Both the position numbers and the translations under genes were made by a program. A DNA stretch of 64,000 nt, taken from contig JACPPH010000002.1 of NCBI GenBank assembly GCA_016191105.1, positions 67,268 to 131,267 of the forward strand, in the 5' to 3' direction. This document shows positions 10,040 through 19,111 of the stretch, one piece after another; position 1 is the stretch's first letter; every line of letters starts with the position of its first letter. This DNA is from Candidatus Saccharimonadota bacterium. Lineage in GTDB: Bacteria; Patescibacteriota; Saccharimonadia; CAILAD01; BJGX01. The notes beneath the pieces are model-generated. The model was not told the origin of the DNA. It worked only from the letters and a program-made list of their open reading frames with translations, and searched no databases.

Positions 10040-10588
10040 ATGAAAGGTTTTGCCAAAGACATACTGTTGATGGACTTTGAATCGACCGGCATAGACCCGG
10101 TTGTTCACGAGCCAACTCAATTAGGCGCAATATTGCTCGATAAAGAGACTCTGCAAGAAAAAGATTCTTATCTTACATTTATCGGCGCAGACTTAAGCAA
10201 GGCCAGTAAAGAAGCGCTGGAGATTTCCGGAATTTCTCAAAAAGACCTAGAGGATGCCCCAGCCCAAGAAGAAGTAGCTAAAGAGTTCTTACAAAAATTT
10301 GGCACAGACGTGTTCTTGTCATCGTGGAATTCAATACTAGATAGAGGGTTGCTCGATAAAATGCTACGCATAATTGGCAAAACTATATTTGAATATGATT
10401 ATCACTACTTAGATGTATGGCCAATTTGCTATATGTACTTATGTCGCACCGGTCAAGGCGATAAACTCCGTGGTGATGCAACATTCAAAGCCTTAGGTCT
10501 ACCACAGCGCCAAAACCACGATGCGCTCGAAGATTGTCGGTACGCCGCCGAAGCACTCAAGGCCGTTTACGAAGGAAAAGAATACTAA
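10040..10588 (+). CDS. DnaQ-like (DEDDh) 3'-5' exonuclease
   Basis: 'LLMDFESTG' (Exo I) and 'HDALEDCRYAAEAL' (Exo III). The leaderless start at 10040 is supported by a TATACT -10 box 7 nt upstream. Confidence 0.75.
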   Translation: MKGFAKDILLMDFESTGIDPVVHEPTQLGAILLDKETLQEKDSYLTFIGADLSKASKEALEISGISQKDLEDAPAQEEVAKEFLQKFGTDVFLSSWNSILDRGLLDKMLRIIGKTIFEYDYHYLDVWPICYMYLCRTGQGDKLRGDATFKALGLPQRQNHDALEDCRYAAEALKAVYEGKEY

Positions 10589-11961
10589 TGCTAAAACTTT
10601 ATAATTCACTAACCAAGAAAAAAGAAGAATTTAAGCCCATTCACGCTGGTCATGCCAATATATATAGCTGCGGGCCAACGGTTTACGACCATGTGCACAT
10701 CGGCAACTTGCGTGCTTTTTTGTTGCCAGATCTGCTGCAGCGGGTTCTGCGCTACGTCGAACACCTCGATGTCACCTGGGTTATGAACATTACCGATGTC
10801 GACGACAAGATTATTGCTCGAGCCGCTCGAGACAACAAAAGTGATGAGCCAATTACTGCCCTAGGAAAGCTAGCCGATCGTTACACAGATGTGTTTATAA
10901 ATGATATTGAGAAGGTTGGAATTGACCGGGCCGACATAAGCCGTTTACCTCGAGCCACCGATAACATTGCCGAAATTCAGGAGCTAATTCGACATTTAGT
11001 AGCCAAACAAATTGCCTACATTAGCGATGGCAGTGTGTACTTTAGCCTAGAGCATTACAAAAAAGCCGGCCACAAATACGGTGTGCTAGCAAATGTGCAG
11101 TTCAATGCTCAAGCCAGAGTAATAGACGATCAAGATCAAAAAGAGGGAGTGGGTGATTTTGCGCTTTGGAAGGCTCAAAAAAGCGATGAGCCGGCATGGG
11201 ATTTCGAGATTGAAGGCCAAAACTTGCGTGGCCGGCCTGGCTGGCACATTGAGTGCTCAGTTATGAGCACCAAATACTTAGGCCAGCCCTTTGATATTCA
11301 TACTGGCGGCGTGGATCTTAAATTCCCGCATCACGAAAATGAGATTGCTCAGTGCGGCGGCGACCAAGCCCATTATTATTTGCACAATGAATTTGTTAAT
11401 GTCGAGAATAGTAAGATGGCCAAATCGGTCGGTAACTTCTTGACCATCGAAGATGTCAAAGACCCTATAGCTTTTCGATACCTGTGCCTGCAAGCCCACT
11501 ATCGTAGTGAAATGAACTACAGCAGTGAAGTTCTGGCGGCTGCCGGTGAAAGGCTAAAAAACTTGCGCAAGTACGCCGACCAACTAACTCTGGTAAAAGA
11601 GGATCAGCTGGCCGAAGATGACAAAAGTGGTAAGGTTGCTGAGTTCATGGAAAAGTTCAACCAGTCGCTACAAGATGATCTGAACAGTCCTGAAGCCTTA
11701 GCGGCTCTTAGCTTGCTTGAAGGTAAGGCTTACAATCAGCAGGCCAAAAAAGCCATGCAGTGGGCCGATTCGGTTTTGGGCCTAAGACTAGTAAATGATG
11801 AGCCTATAGCCAAGCCGGCTCAGGAGCTTATTAGCAACTACGAACGAGCTCGTGAGCGCAAAGACTATGAAGCCTCGGACAAACTGCGCGAAGAACTCGA
11901 AAAAGAATTTGGCCTCGGTGTGTCCGACACCGAGATAGGCACACTAATACATAGGCTATAA
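10588..11961 (+). CDS. cysS: cysteine--tRNA ligase
   Basis: HIGH motif 'HIGNLRAF', 'KMAKSVGN' (KMSKS), Zn ligands 'CGPT' and 'HIEC'. Confidence 0.92.
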   Translation: MLKLYNSLTKKKEEFKPIHAGHANIYSCGPTVYDHVHIGNLRAFLLPDLLQRVLRYVEHLDVTWVMNITDVDDKIIARAARDNKSDEPITALGKLADRYTDVFINDIEKVGIDRADISRLPRATDNIAEIQELIRHLVAKQIAYISDGSVYFSLEHYKKAGHKYGVLANVQFNAQARVIDDQDQKEGVGDFALWKAQKSDEPAWDFEIEGQNLRGRPGWHIECSVMSTKYLGQPFDIHTGGVDLKFPHHENEIAQCGGDQAHYYLHNEFVNVENSKMAKSVGNFLTIEDVKDPIAFRYLCLQAHYRSEMNYSSEVLAAAGERLKNLRKYADQLTLVKEDQLAEDDKSGKVAEFMEKFNQSLQDDLNSPEALAALSLLEGKAYNQQAKKAMQWADSVLGLRLVNDEPIAKPAQELISNYERARERKDYEASDKLREELEKEFGLGVSDTEIGTLIHRL

Positions 11962-11971
11962 ATGCGGTAGG

Positions 11972-11992
11972 GCGGGGGCTTTTGACCCCCGC
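11972..11992. terminator. bidirectional rho-independent terminator GCGGGGG-cttttga-CCCCCGC
   Basis: 7-bp GC stem immediately after the cysS stop, between convergent genes. Confidence 0.7.
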
Positions 11993-12009
11993 TTGTTCCT
12001 ACAGATTGC

Positions 12010-12675
12010 TTACAGGAATTCGACCTCTTTGCGGGCTTGATCGAGCGCGTTTTGGGCACGCACGCGTCCGGCCACAAAGTGCTTGGGCACCTTGCCGCCA
12101 GCCCAGAAGAAGTTCCAGGCGTACTCGCTGGGGTTGACCCACAGCAGCCGCACTGCGTGGCAGTGCTTGCCGTAAGCCACGCCACGATTGTAGTCGACGC
12201 CGGTTTTGACGTAGCCGACACCACAGAGAGCACGGTGACTGCCCTGGTTGACTAGGTCGGCACCGCTGTCGATGGCCACCAGGCCGAGCACGTCGACCGC
12301 ATAGAGGCAACGAGCACGGTGGATGGCACTGGCAATGCCCTTGCCCCACATGCCGCTGTCCCACAGCACGACGCCGCTGATGCCACGGTAGCTGCTGATG
12401 TTCTCGATGCCACTGGCGCCGATGAGGCGACCGCGACTGTCGGATCCGGGCTTGAACTCATAGATGCCCCAGCCCTGAGAATCAGGATCATCGTAGCGAG
12501 CCTTGAGCCAATCCAGCTCTTGCTGGTGGTTTTGAGCACCGCGCAAACTGAGATGGGCGCAGACTTCGTAGCGAGCCAACGGTTCGGGCACGGCTGCCAT
12601 TTCGCTTTCCAAGATGGGCTGCATGCGGATCACCAGCCCATCGGTGGTTTTGGTTTGCATAGGGAAGCCAAACAT
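12010..12675 (-). CDS. GNAT family N-acetyltransferase (RimJ/RimL-like), high-GC
   Basis: Motif A-like 'VNQGSHRALCGVGY'. About 62% GC. The frame was chosen among several overlapping shadow ORFs by the GNAT motifs. Confidence 0.6.
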   Translation of the reverse strand: MFGFPMQTKTTDGLVIRMQPILESEMAAVPEPLARYEVCAHLSLRGAQNHQQELDWLKARYDDPDSQGWGIYEFKPGSDSRGRLIGASGIENISSYRGISGVVLWDSGMWGKGIASAIHRARCLYAVDVLGLVAIDSGADLVNQGSHRALCGVGYVKTGVDYNRGVAYGKHCHAVRLLWVNPSEYAWNFFWAGGKVPKHFVAGRVRAQNALDQARKEVEFL

Positions 12676-13111
12676 GGCCTTTCCTTTCTGTAGGGAACGA
12701 ACCTCGACAACATTGTCGAGGGAGCCTTGATAATTCCAAGACTACTGTTGAGCGGATTTTGGGATTTCCAAAATCCGATAAGCCTCCAAGAATGGGTTAC
12801 AACCAGATTGTAAATTTAGCGTTTTAACCAAAAAGCCTCCATTTCGGAGGCTCATCGCATCTGAGAAATTAGTTCAATTTATGAGTTCAGTACACGATAA
12901 GCCATAGCGACACAAAGCTCGCCTTTATAATCCATAAAGGTGGGAGCGGAAATATTTGTGGTTGTATGACTATATCGGTTCATAGCGAAAGTAATAATAA
13001 CACCAACGCTTATGCTTTGTCAACAAAAATTGACAATAAAATGCAGGCGAGCCCCTCAACTCCAGCGTTAACTGGTGTCGAGGGGCTCTGGATGCGGCGG
13101 TTTGGGCAGTG

Positions 13112-13363
13112 CTAGTGAGGGCGGCGCTCTCCCTTGCCGCCTTCAAGGCACTTCCTGCAGACCTGGATCTTCTTGTTGCCAGGCTTGTACACCCATGTGG
13201 TGTAGCGGTGCTCGCTCTCGCGGCAAAGCGGCAACTTGGAGTTGTTGAGGATTTCAGCTGCAGCCAAGGTGGCTCCTTGGGGTAGGGCGCTCGAGTTGGC
13301 GCCAATGGGTGGGTGCGACAAGCGAAAACCAGGGGTCTTCGCAAGATCGCAGCCAGTATACAA
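13112..13363 (-). CDS. hypothetical small Cys/His-containing protein (high-GC)
   Basis: 83 aa with 'LCRESEHRYTTWVYKPGNKKIQVCRKCLEGG'. A long hairpin (13049..13088) lies downstream. Confidence 0.35.
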   Translation of the reverse strand: MYTGCDLAKTPGFRLSHPPIGANSSALPQGATLAAAEILNNSKLPLCRESEHRYTTWVYKPGNKKIQVCRKCLEGGKGERRPH

Positions 13364-13426
13364 TTTTAACCAAATTATATCAATAAGATTTTGCGTAAAC
13401 CCCTTAAGTTTCGGTACAATATGGTT

Positions 13427-14659
13427 ATGCTACAAGTAACCGAGTTCGATAACCACCAACTAGCTGATTACGAGGCCGACACCGACCCGATTGAGATAGA
13501 TAGGCTCAAGAGCATTGCCAAAACCCTAGAGGGTAAGAAGATTTATGAGATCAATGCCACCGCTATTGGCGGCGGGGTGGCTGAACTTTTGCATAGCCAG
13601 ATACCATTGTTTAGAGATCTCGGCTTATATGCCGACTGGCTAGTTCTACCTAGCAATAATCACTTCTTTACTATTACCAAAAACCTCCATAATTGTTTGC
13701 AAGGACACTGTGCGTTGCCAAACCAGTTCGAACTCGAGCATTACAGCAAGTATCTGCAAGAGGCAGCTGTCGATATTCCGCAAGACGGGGATCTGTATAT
13801 ACTGCATGATCCCCAGACACTCGGGCTGGCTCCGTATCTTAAAAACCACAAGCTAATCTGGCGCTGCCATATTGACCTAACCATGGCTGACCCCCATGTT
13901 CTTGCCTGGGTCCAAGACTACTACCAGTATTTTAGTAAGGTTGTATTTTCGCTCGAGGCATATGTATCGGGTTTGGAGCGCAAAAAAGTGGCCATTGTAC
14001 ACCCAGCAATCGACCCTTTGAGCGACAAAAACCGCCAGCTCAGTCAACGCGAAATAGATACCTACCTAGGCAAATATGAACTCGATATTACCAAGCCGTA
14101 CTTATTGCAGGTTTCGCGCTTCGACAGGTTTAAAAATCCTATTGGTGCTATAGAGATTTTCGCTGAGACCCGCAAATTAATTCCTAGCCTGCAGTGTGTG
14201 TTAATGGGTGATTACGCCACCGACGACCCAGAGGGGAAGCCGTACTTCGAAGAGGTACGCCAAATTGCTCGCGAGGCTGATCACGGCAACATCCATATAA
14301 TTACCCAAAAAGACGATCTGGCGGTCAATGCTCTGCAGCGCGGAGCAGCTGCGGTGTTGCAAAACTCTACCCAGGAGGGTTTTGGGCTAAGCGTAACCGA
14401 GGCTTTGTGGAAAGGCAAGTTTGTGTTTGCCAGACCAGTGGGGGGCATAGCCTTGCAAGTTATAAACGGCAAAACCGGCTTTTACCTAGCCGACAATAAC
14501 CATGATTCGGCCGAGAGTATCGCCAAGGTACTCAAAAACTCGCGCGACTACTTGCATGTCGAAGCCGATGCCAAAGAACAAGTTCGCCGCAAATTCTTGC
14601 TGCCCAAAATGGCCAATGACTATCTGCATGTCTATGCCGAAGCGCTCAAGCAGACTTAA
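13427..14659 (+). CDS. trehalose synthase TreT-like GT4 glycosyltransferase
   Basis: 'EINATAIGGGVAELLHSQIPLFRDLGLYADW' matches the TreT N-terminus, with a GT4 C-terminal domain. Leaderless: TACAAT at 13415-13420, then 6 nt, then the ATG at 13427. Confidence 0.7.
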   Translation: MLQVTEFDNHQLADYEADTDPIEIDRLKSIAKTLEGKKIYEINATAIGGGVAELLHSQIPLFRDLGLYADWLVLPSNNHFFTITKNLHNCLQGHCALPNQFELEHYSKYLQEAAVDIPQDGDLYILHDPQTLGLAPYLKNHKLIWRCHIDLTMADPHVLAWVQDYYQYFSKVVFSLEAYVSGLERKKVAIVHPAIDPLSDKNRQLSQREIDTYLGKYELDITKPYLLQVSRFDRFKNPIGAIEIFAETRKLIPSLQCVLMGDYATDDPEGKPYFEEVRQIAREADHGNIHIITQKDDLAVNALQRGAAAVLQNSTQEGFGLSVTEALWKGKFVFARPVGGIALQVINGKTGFYLADNNHDSAESIAKVLKNSRDYLHVEADAKEQVRRKFLLPKMANDYLHVYAEALKQT

Positions 14660-15096
14660 ATATTTTCAACTCGGTTGTGTTTGCGAAGTTTAATCAGCTC
14701 TTGTTCGACCTGTCGCAAGTTCGGTGGTTGCTCCTTTAGCGCCTCGAGATTTGGGCCTTTTTTGGATAAACTGATTATATGCATGCCCACCGGGGCGCCA
14801 AAGGTTAACCAAAACCACGAGAATATAAAGTTGTGGCGGTAAACCCGACCCAAGCGTGAGGCCACTGCGAACGAGTATATGCTGCCGGCATAGGGTATAA
14901 GCGCCATAAAGAACCAGCGCTTGGGCAAGTTTAGCGTCTTGATGAGGTAGTAGTAGTTATAGATCGGTACAAAGGCTCTCCAGCCGCGGGCCTGTAGCTG
15001 CCCGAGCACCCTCGATAGTCCCACCATGTAAACCAGATAAAGCACAACTAGCACTACGATAACCACGTAGCCCAAACTTAAGACGGCTTGAATCAT
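14656..15096 (-). CDS. DUF5684-like small membrane protein
   Basis: Signature 'GWRAFVPIYNYYYLIK' plus three TM helices. Confidence 0.5.
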   Translation of the reverse strand: MIQAVLSLGYVVIVVLVVLYLVYMVGLSRVLGQLQARGWRAFVPIYNYYYLIKTLNLPKRWFFMALIPYAGSIYSFAVASRLGRVYRHNFIFSWFWLTFGAPVGMHIISLSKKGPNLEALKEQPPNLRQVEQELIKLRKHNRVENI

Positions 15097-15193
15097 ATAG
15101 CTATGATAGCACGGTGAGGCTTTTACATTCTTAAGAAAGTCATAAGGTGTTAAACCGGGCAGGCCGACCGCAAAAAAACTTTCTAAAATTGTA

Positions 15194-15222
15194 TTGACAA
15201 TATCCAGTACCTGTGGTATAAT
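15194..15222 (+). promoter_or_regulatory. consensus sigma-70 promoter TTGACA-N17-TGgTATAAT
   Basis: Perfect -35 box, 17-nt spacer, and an extended perfect -10 box. The next + strand CDS is 565 nt downstream. Confidence 0.65.
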
Positions 15223-15673
15223 TCAACTATCATTATTTTTGAGCTACTGGACTCCCAAATAGTGCTCAAGCTACAACTAAATACACCGCCACCCCGACAC
15301 AAGGGTCCGAACTGTTAACTAATAGCCGGCAAGACATATGAGCTTACCGCTATCACTTTCGCGAGGTTATCGCTTTAAAACAACAAAACCGGGCCTTTAT
15401 GTGGGGATGGTGTTTTGCCTATAAATGAAGCCAAAGATCTAGTAACTTTTTCGTCATTTATAAGCAAAATAGCTTTTTTTGAAAAAAGTTGGCCAAATGT
15501 TGTTGACATCAGTTATGCTTATGTTATTATCAGAAGCACTATGTTAATCAACACAGTCAAGTTAATTACTCGCACTCGAGCAAAAACAGCGCCCACTTTT
15601 GGCGCGCTTAGCGCTACCCGTGTGCCCGGACTGAGTCGTTTTATTTCATAAACTTTAGAGAAATCATTCGCTA

Positions 15674-15702
15674 GAAGCTCGGGACCACACTCTCGAGCTT
15701 CT
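15674..15702 (+). terminator. hairpin AGAAGCTCG-N11-CGAGCTTCT followed by TTAGTT (attenuator or terminator) in the ABC-exporter leader
   Basis: 9-bp perfect stem, seen directly. Confidence 0.5.
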
Positions 15703-15786
15703 TTAGTTACGGCAACCCGTAGCTAGAAGCACCAATCACATCACGATCTTTCACAACCAAACCTACGACCCCTATAAGGAGGAAGA

Positions 15787-17568
15787 ATGGGAGTCAAAAT
15801 GATGCTGCAGATGTATCGTCTGCTGCTGGCTAAGCCAGAAGTACGAGCCAAATATCGTGCTATGCGCCAAAGCATTGTCAAGGCGCTAGCACTGGTGTTT
15901 GTGGTCGAGGCGCTGTCGGTGGCCGAGGTGTATCCGCTGCGGGGTATTTTTGACGGCATGTCTGTTAAGGCTCCTGCCAGCACCCTGGTGATCTGGGTGA
16001 TTGCCATGTTTGGCATTCGCCAGGTTCACACCGTGCTCGACCAGCACAAGGAGTATCACCAGATGACAACCGACTGGCAAAACCTGGGCAACATTCTTGG
16101 TCATGGTCACGAGCACCAGCTCAGCCAGGATCAAAAGTACCAGATCGATCATTCCACCGGAGAGAAGGAGTCCACGCTTTCAAAGAACATTTGGAAGATG
16201 GAAAACCTCATCGACGTAGTGATCTACCAGGTTACGCCCATGATCATCATGATCGGGTTCATCCTGGCGGCGCTGTCGATATTCGACTGGCGCTACAGTG
16301 CTATCACCGTCGTGACCATCGCCATCTACTGCCTGGTTACCAGGCACTTCGAGAAGGTGTTTGCTCCCAAGCGCATAGAAGAGCATGAGGAATGGAAGGC
16401 AATTGAACGGATGGCCAGCGAGCAGGTTAAGGGCTGGCGGACAATCAAGTCCAATGGCCTGGAGCTACAAAAGGCTCGCGAGCTCCAGTGTGCAATCGAG
16501 AAGTTCATGCAGGCCAACGCCAAACGCCGACGGATTCGCATTCGCCACTGGGTGGTACAGAACTCGGTGTTGAGCGTTTCGATCCTGTTTATCTGGGGGT
16601 TTTCCCTCTGGCTGTACAGCATCGACGCCATGAGTACCGGCGTGTTGGTGATCATCAATGGCTGGATAGCCAAGCTTTACAGCCACATGTTCCGCTATGC
16701 CAACTTTCAACGCGAGGCCTACGAAGGCGTGGCCAGTCTCAACGACATGGTTGAGTTGCTCTCTAGTAGCTCGGCTATCGACGGTATGCCGAATGCACTA
16801 CAACTGCCCGCCTCTGGCCTTGGCTGCGAGGTTGTGCTCGACGGTGTGGGCTTTCGCTACCACGACGACGGTGAGTACGCGCTACGCGACATAACCGCCA
16901 AGCTGCCAGCAGGCAGCACGGTGGCGATTATGGCGCCATCGGGTGGAGGCAAATCAACTCTGGCCGATCTGTTGATAAGGGCATACGACACCTGCGAGGG
17001 ATCCATTTACCTCGACGGTGTTGACCTGCGCGACATAGACCGCCAACACCTCATGCAGGTGGTTGCGGCCACAGTGCTGCAAGATGCCAATCTCTTCGAC
17101 GGCACCATTGCCAGCAACATCGGCTTTGGCTGCTTGCGCGAACTGAGCCAAGCAGAGGTAGAGGTAGCCGCAAAGCAGGCCTACGCCCACCAGTTCATCA
17201 TGGAGTTTCCTGAGGGATACGACACGATGGTGGGTGAGGACGGCGTGCGGCTCAGCGGCGGGGAAAGGCAAAGGATCGCCATTGCGCGAGCCCTTGCCAA
17301 GCAACCGCAGCTGCTGATCATGGACGAGGCCACTAGTGCTCTCGATGAACCGAGCCAACGCATGGTGAACCTCTCTATCCAGGCTAAGTCAGCTGAGCGG
17401 AGCTGCACCATTGTGCTGATAGCCCATCGGTTTAGTACGGTCGAACACGCCGACTTAGTGTTGGTGCTCGACCATGGCAAGCTGGTGGACTTGGGTACCA
17501 TTGCTGAGCTTGGTGAGCGCTGCGAGCTGTTTCGACGGCTCAGGAGCGGCGAGATCAGCATGGAGTAG
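15787..17568 (+). CDS. ABC exporter, fused permease/ATP-binding protein (type I, MsbA-like), moderately high-GC
   Basis: N-terminal TM domain. Walker A 'APSGGGKSTL', signature 'LSGGERQRIAIARAL', Walker B 'LLIMDEATSALD'. RBS AGGAGG. Confidence 0.88.
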   Translation: MGVKMMLQMYRLLLAKPEVRAKYRAMRQSIVKALALVFVVEALSVAEVYPLRGIFDGMSVKAPASTLVIWVIAMFGIRQVHTVLDQHKEYHQMTTDWQNLGNILGHGHEHQLSQDQKYQIDHSTGEKESTLSKNIWKMENLIDVVIYQVTPMIIMIGFILAALSIFDWRYSAITVVTIAIYCLVTRHFEKVFAPKRIEEHEEWKAIERMASEQVKGWRTIKSNGLELQKARELQCAIEKFMQANAKRRRIRIRHWVVQNSVLSVSILFIWGFSLWLYSIDAMSTGVLVIINGWIAKLYSHMFRYANFQREAYEGVASLNDMVELLSSSSAIDGMPNALQLPASGLGCEVVLDGVGFRYHDDGEYALRDITAKLPAGSTVAIMAPSGGGKSTLADLLIRAYDTCEGSIYLDGVDLRDIDRQHLMQVVAATVLQDANLFDGTIASNIGFGCLRELSQAEVEVAAKQAYAHQFIMEFPEGYDTMVGEDGVRLSGGERQRIAIARALAKQPQLLIMDEATSALDEPSQRMVNLSIQAKSAERSCTIVLIAHRFSTVEHADLVLVLDHGKLVDLGTIAELGERCELFRRLRSGEISME

Positions 17569-17585
17569 GCAAGTGAGTGATGTGA

Positions 17586-17624
17586 GACCCCGGCAATTCG
17601 CGAAAGCGGATCCGGGGTTTTCAC
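17586..17624 (+). terminator. rho-independent terminator CCCCGG..CCGGGG-TTTTCACTTT
   Basis: GC stem plus a T-tract just after the ABC exporter stop. Confidence 0.75.
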
Positions 17625-17746
17625 TTTGTAAAAAAACTTTTCTGGCAGTTGCTACCTGCAGAATCTTGAAAAATGCAGCGTTTTCGGCTATGATTATCAG
17701 GTTAAATTGCGTAACTGCAGCTTAAAACCCAGTTTTAGCTCGACGA

Positions 17747-17821
17747 TGGGGCGTAGCCAAGTGGTAAGGCACCGGTTTTTGGTACCGGCATTCGCAGGTT
17801 CGATCCCTGCCGCCCCAGCCA
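17747..17821 (+). tRNA. tRNA-Gln (anticodon UUG)
   Basis: Cloverleaf with a 7-bp acceptor stem UGGGGCG/CGCCCCA and a U1:A72 pair typical of bacterial tRNA-Gln. D-loop 'AGTGGTAA', anticodon loop 'tt-TTG-gt', T-arm 'GGTTCGATCC', encoded CCA. Very similar to E. coli tRNA-Gln. Confidence 0.9.
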
Positions 17822-17859
17822 GCGAAAAGTGCCCGAGCTTGTCTCGGGTGTTTTTCGCT
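17821..17859 (+). terminator. nested hairpin AGCGAAAA/TTTTCGCT around CCCGAG/CTCGGG with a T-tract
   Basis: Seen directly, immediately after the tRNA. Confidence 0.7.
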
Positions 17860-17967
17860 GGCGTGTGTGATATCGAACCGTAGAGCGTAGCGGAAGGTTC
17901 GGCGTAGCGAAATCCACGCACAGAAATATATTTCGAGCATGAATGAGTGAAGAAGGCGAGAGCCGCC

Positions 17968-17985
17968 TCCCTGCCGCCCCAGCCA
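17968..17985 (+). repeat. 18-bp perfect direct repeat of the tRNA-Gln 3' end (TCCCTGCCGCCCCAGCCA), att-like
   Basis: Identical to 17804..17821, 164 bp downstream, and followed by an A-tract/GACCC..GGGTC/T-tract hairpin. Confidence 0.8.
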
Positions 17986-18179
17986 TAGTGCCTATGCTCA
18001 AAATGACCCATTTGGGTCTTTTTTGATATTTACTCGCCAGGTGTGGCGATAGGCAGATCGGCAAATGGGCTAGAAACCAAGCAGAGTTACTAAGCAATCG
18101 CCCACGACAAGTCGAAATTAAGGCTTAAGAAAACTGGCTAGCTCCAGCAAAAATTAATCTTATATGTTACAATCTGACT

Positions 18180-18518
18180 ATGATTTCCGGGGTAAAAAGT
18201 AAGTTATTTACAACCTTGGTTACCATAGCGTTGCTGCTTGGTGGTTTAGCGATATTAAATTTCTACTCAATGTCAATGCAGCCCACCAGCGAACATTTCG
18301 ACTACAACACAACCTGTAAAATTGCTTGCTTTGGCCAGGCTATTGGTAATCTTGGTGCCGCTCCTACTAATCCTGAAAGTTTGGTACTAGTTTTATCGTT
18401 TGCAGGGCTGGTGGCTGGGTTTGCTGTCGGTACAACTAACACCGGGGTCTTTAACAAGGCCTTTCGTTATAGCCTAGGGCCGCCGCTCTACAAACGCTTT
18501 GAGTCTTATCGTGATTAA
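18180..18518 (+). CDS. hypothetical small membrane protein
   Basis: Two TM helices. Leaderless: TGtTACAAT at 18165-18173, then 6 nt, then the ATG. Confidence 0.4.
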   Translation: MISGVKSKLFTTLVTIALLLGGLAILNFYSMSMQPTSEHFDYNTTCKIACFGQAIGNLGAAPTNPESLVLVLSFAGLVAGFAVGTTNTGVFNKAFRYSLGPPLYKRFESYRD

Positions 18519-18564
18519 AAAAATCTCTTGTAGTAGAAAGTACTTTACAAATTAAGGAGATAAT

Positions 18565-19101
18565 ATGAAATCTAAAATATGGCCTGTAGTGATAGGCTTA
18601 AGCGTGCTCGCGGTTGCGCTGTTTATCGGATTCGCTATTACTCGCCCCGATGTACCGCCAGGGCAGGCAAAGACCTCAAACACCACAAATAAATCAACTG
18701 ACTCCAATATAGTCTCGAACAGTGAGATCCATTGGCACCCAAAATTAGCGGTATATATTAACGGACAAAAACAAGAGATTCCAGCCGAAACAGGAATTGG
18801 TCAGCAGTATGCCAAAAGCCGTTGGTATGATTCTATGATGCAAATGGCGAACATACATACTCACGACAATAGTGGTCAATTGCATTGGGAAGTAATGGAG
18901 GGCCCGGTTCGAAAAGACCAAGTTCGTTTGAGTGCGTTTTTTGACGTTTGGGACAAGAAGTTCAGCAAAATCCAGGTGTTCGACAAGACCGACCCTAAAG
19001 GGTCAAAAATCACCATGACTGTTAATGGCCAGCCTAACAGTGAATTCGAAAACTACATGGTGGCCGACAATGATCAGATTGAAATAAAGTATCAAGATTA
19101 A
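18565..19101 (+). CDS. membrane-anchored secreted protein with His motifs (HWH, HTHD)
   Basis: N-terminal TM/signal region, RBS AAGGAG, His-rich motifs. It sits at the head of the metal-homeostasis cluster. Confidence 0.45.
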   Translation: MKSKIWPVVIGLSVLAVALFIGFAITRPDVPPGQAKTSNTTNKSTDSNIVSNSEIHWHPKLAVYINGQKQEIPAETGIGQQYAKSRWYDSMMQMANIHTHDNSGQLHWEVMEGPVRKDQVRLSAFFDVWDKKFSKIQVFDKTDPKGSKITMTVNGQPNSEFENYMVADNDQIEIKYQD

Positions 19102-19111
19102 CAGGGAGATA

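Noticed and set aside
12037-12739. Multiple overlapping ORFs in all frames within the high-GC GNAT region (12037..12255+, 12252..12539-, 12319..12693+, 11999..12364- and others)
   Set aside because: High GC lowers stop-codon frequency. Only the frame with GNAT motifs is credible. The same logic was applied at 9366..9871, 16180..17624 and 28808..29781.
15415-15651. 78-aa ORF in the ABC-exporter leader as a bacteriocin precursor
   Set aside because: It has no SD sequence, no Gly-Gly leader and low-complexity composition. The exporter lacks a C39 peptidase domain.
17697-18097. Three minus-strand ORFs (104, 72 and 120 aa) overlapping the tRNA-Gln
   Set aside because: They are antisense to the tRNA and to hairpin DNA (typical 'GSNLRMPVPKTGALPLGYAP' antisense-tRNA translation), with no RBS. 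Spurious.
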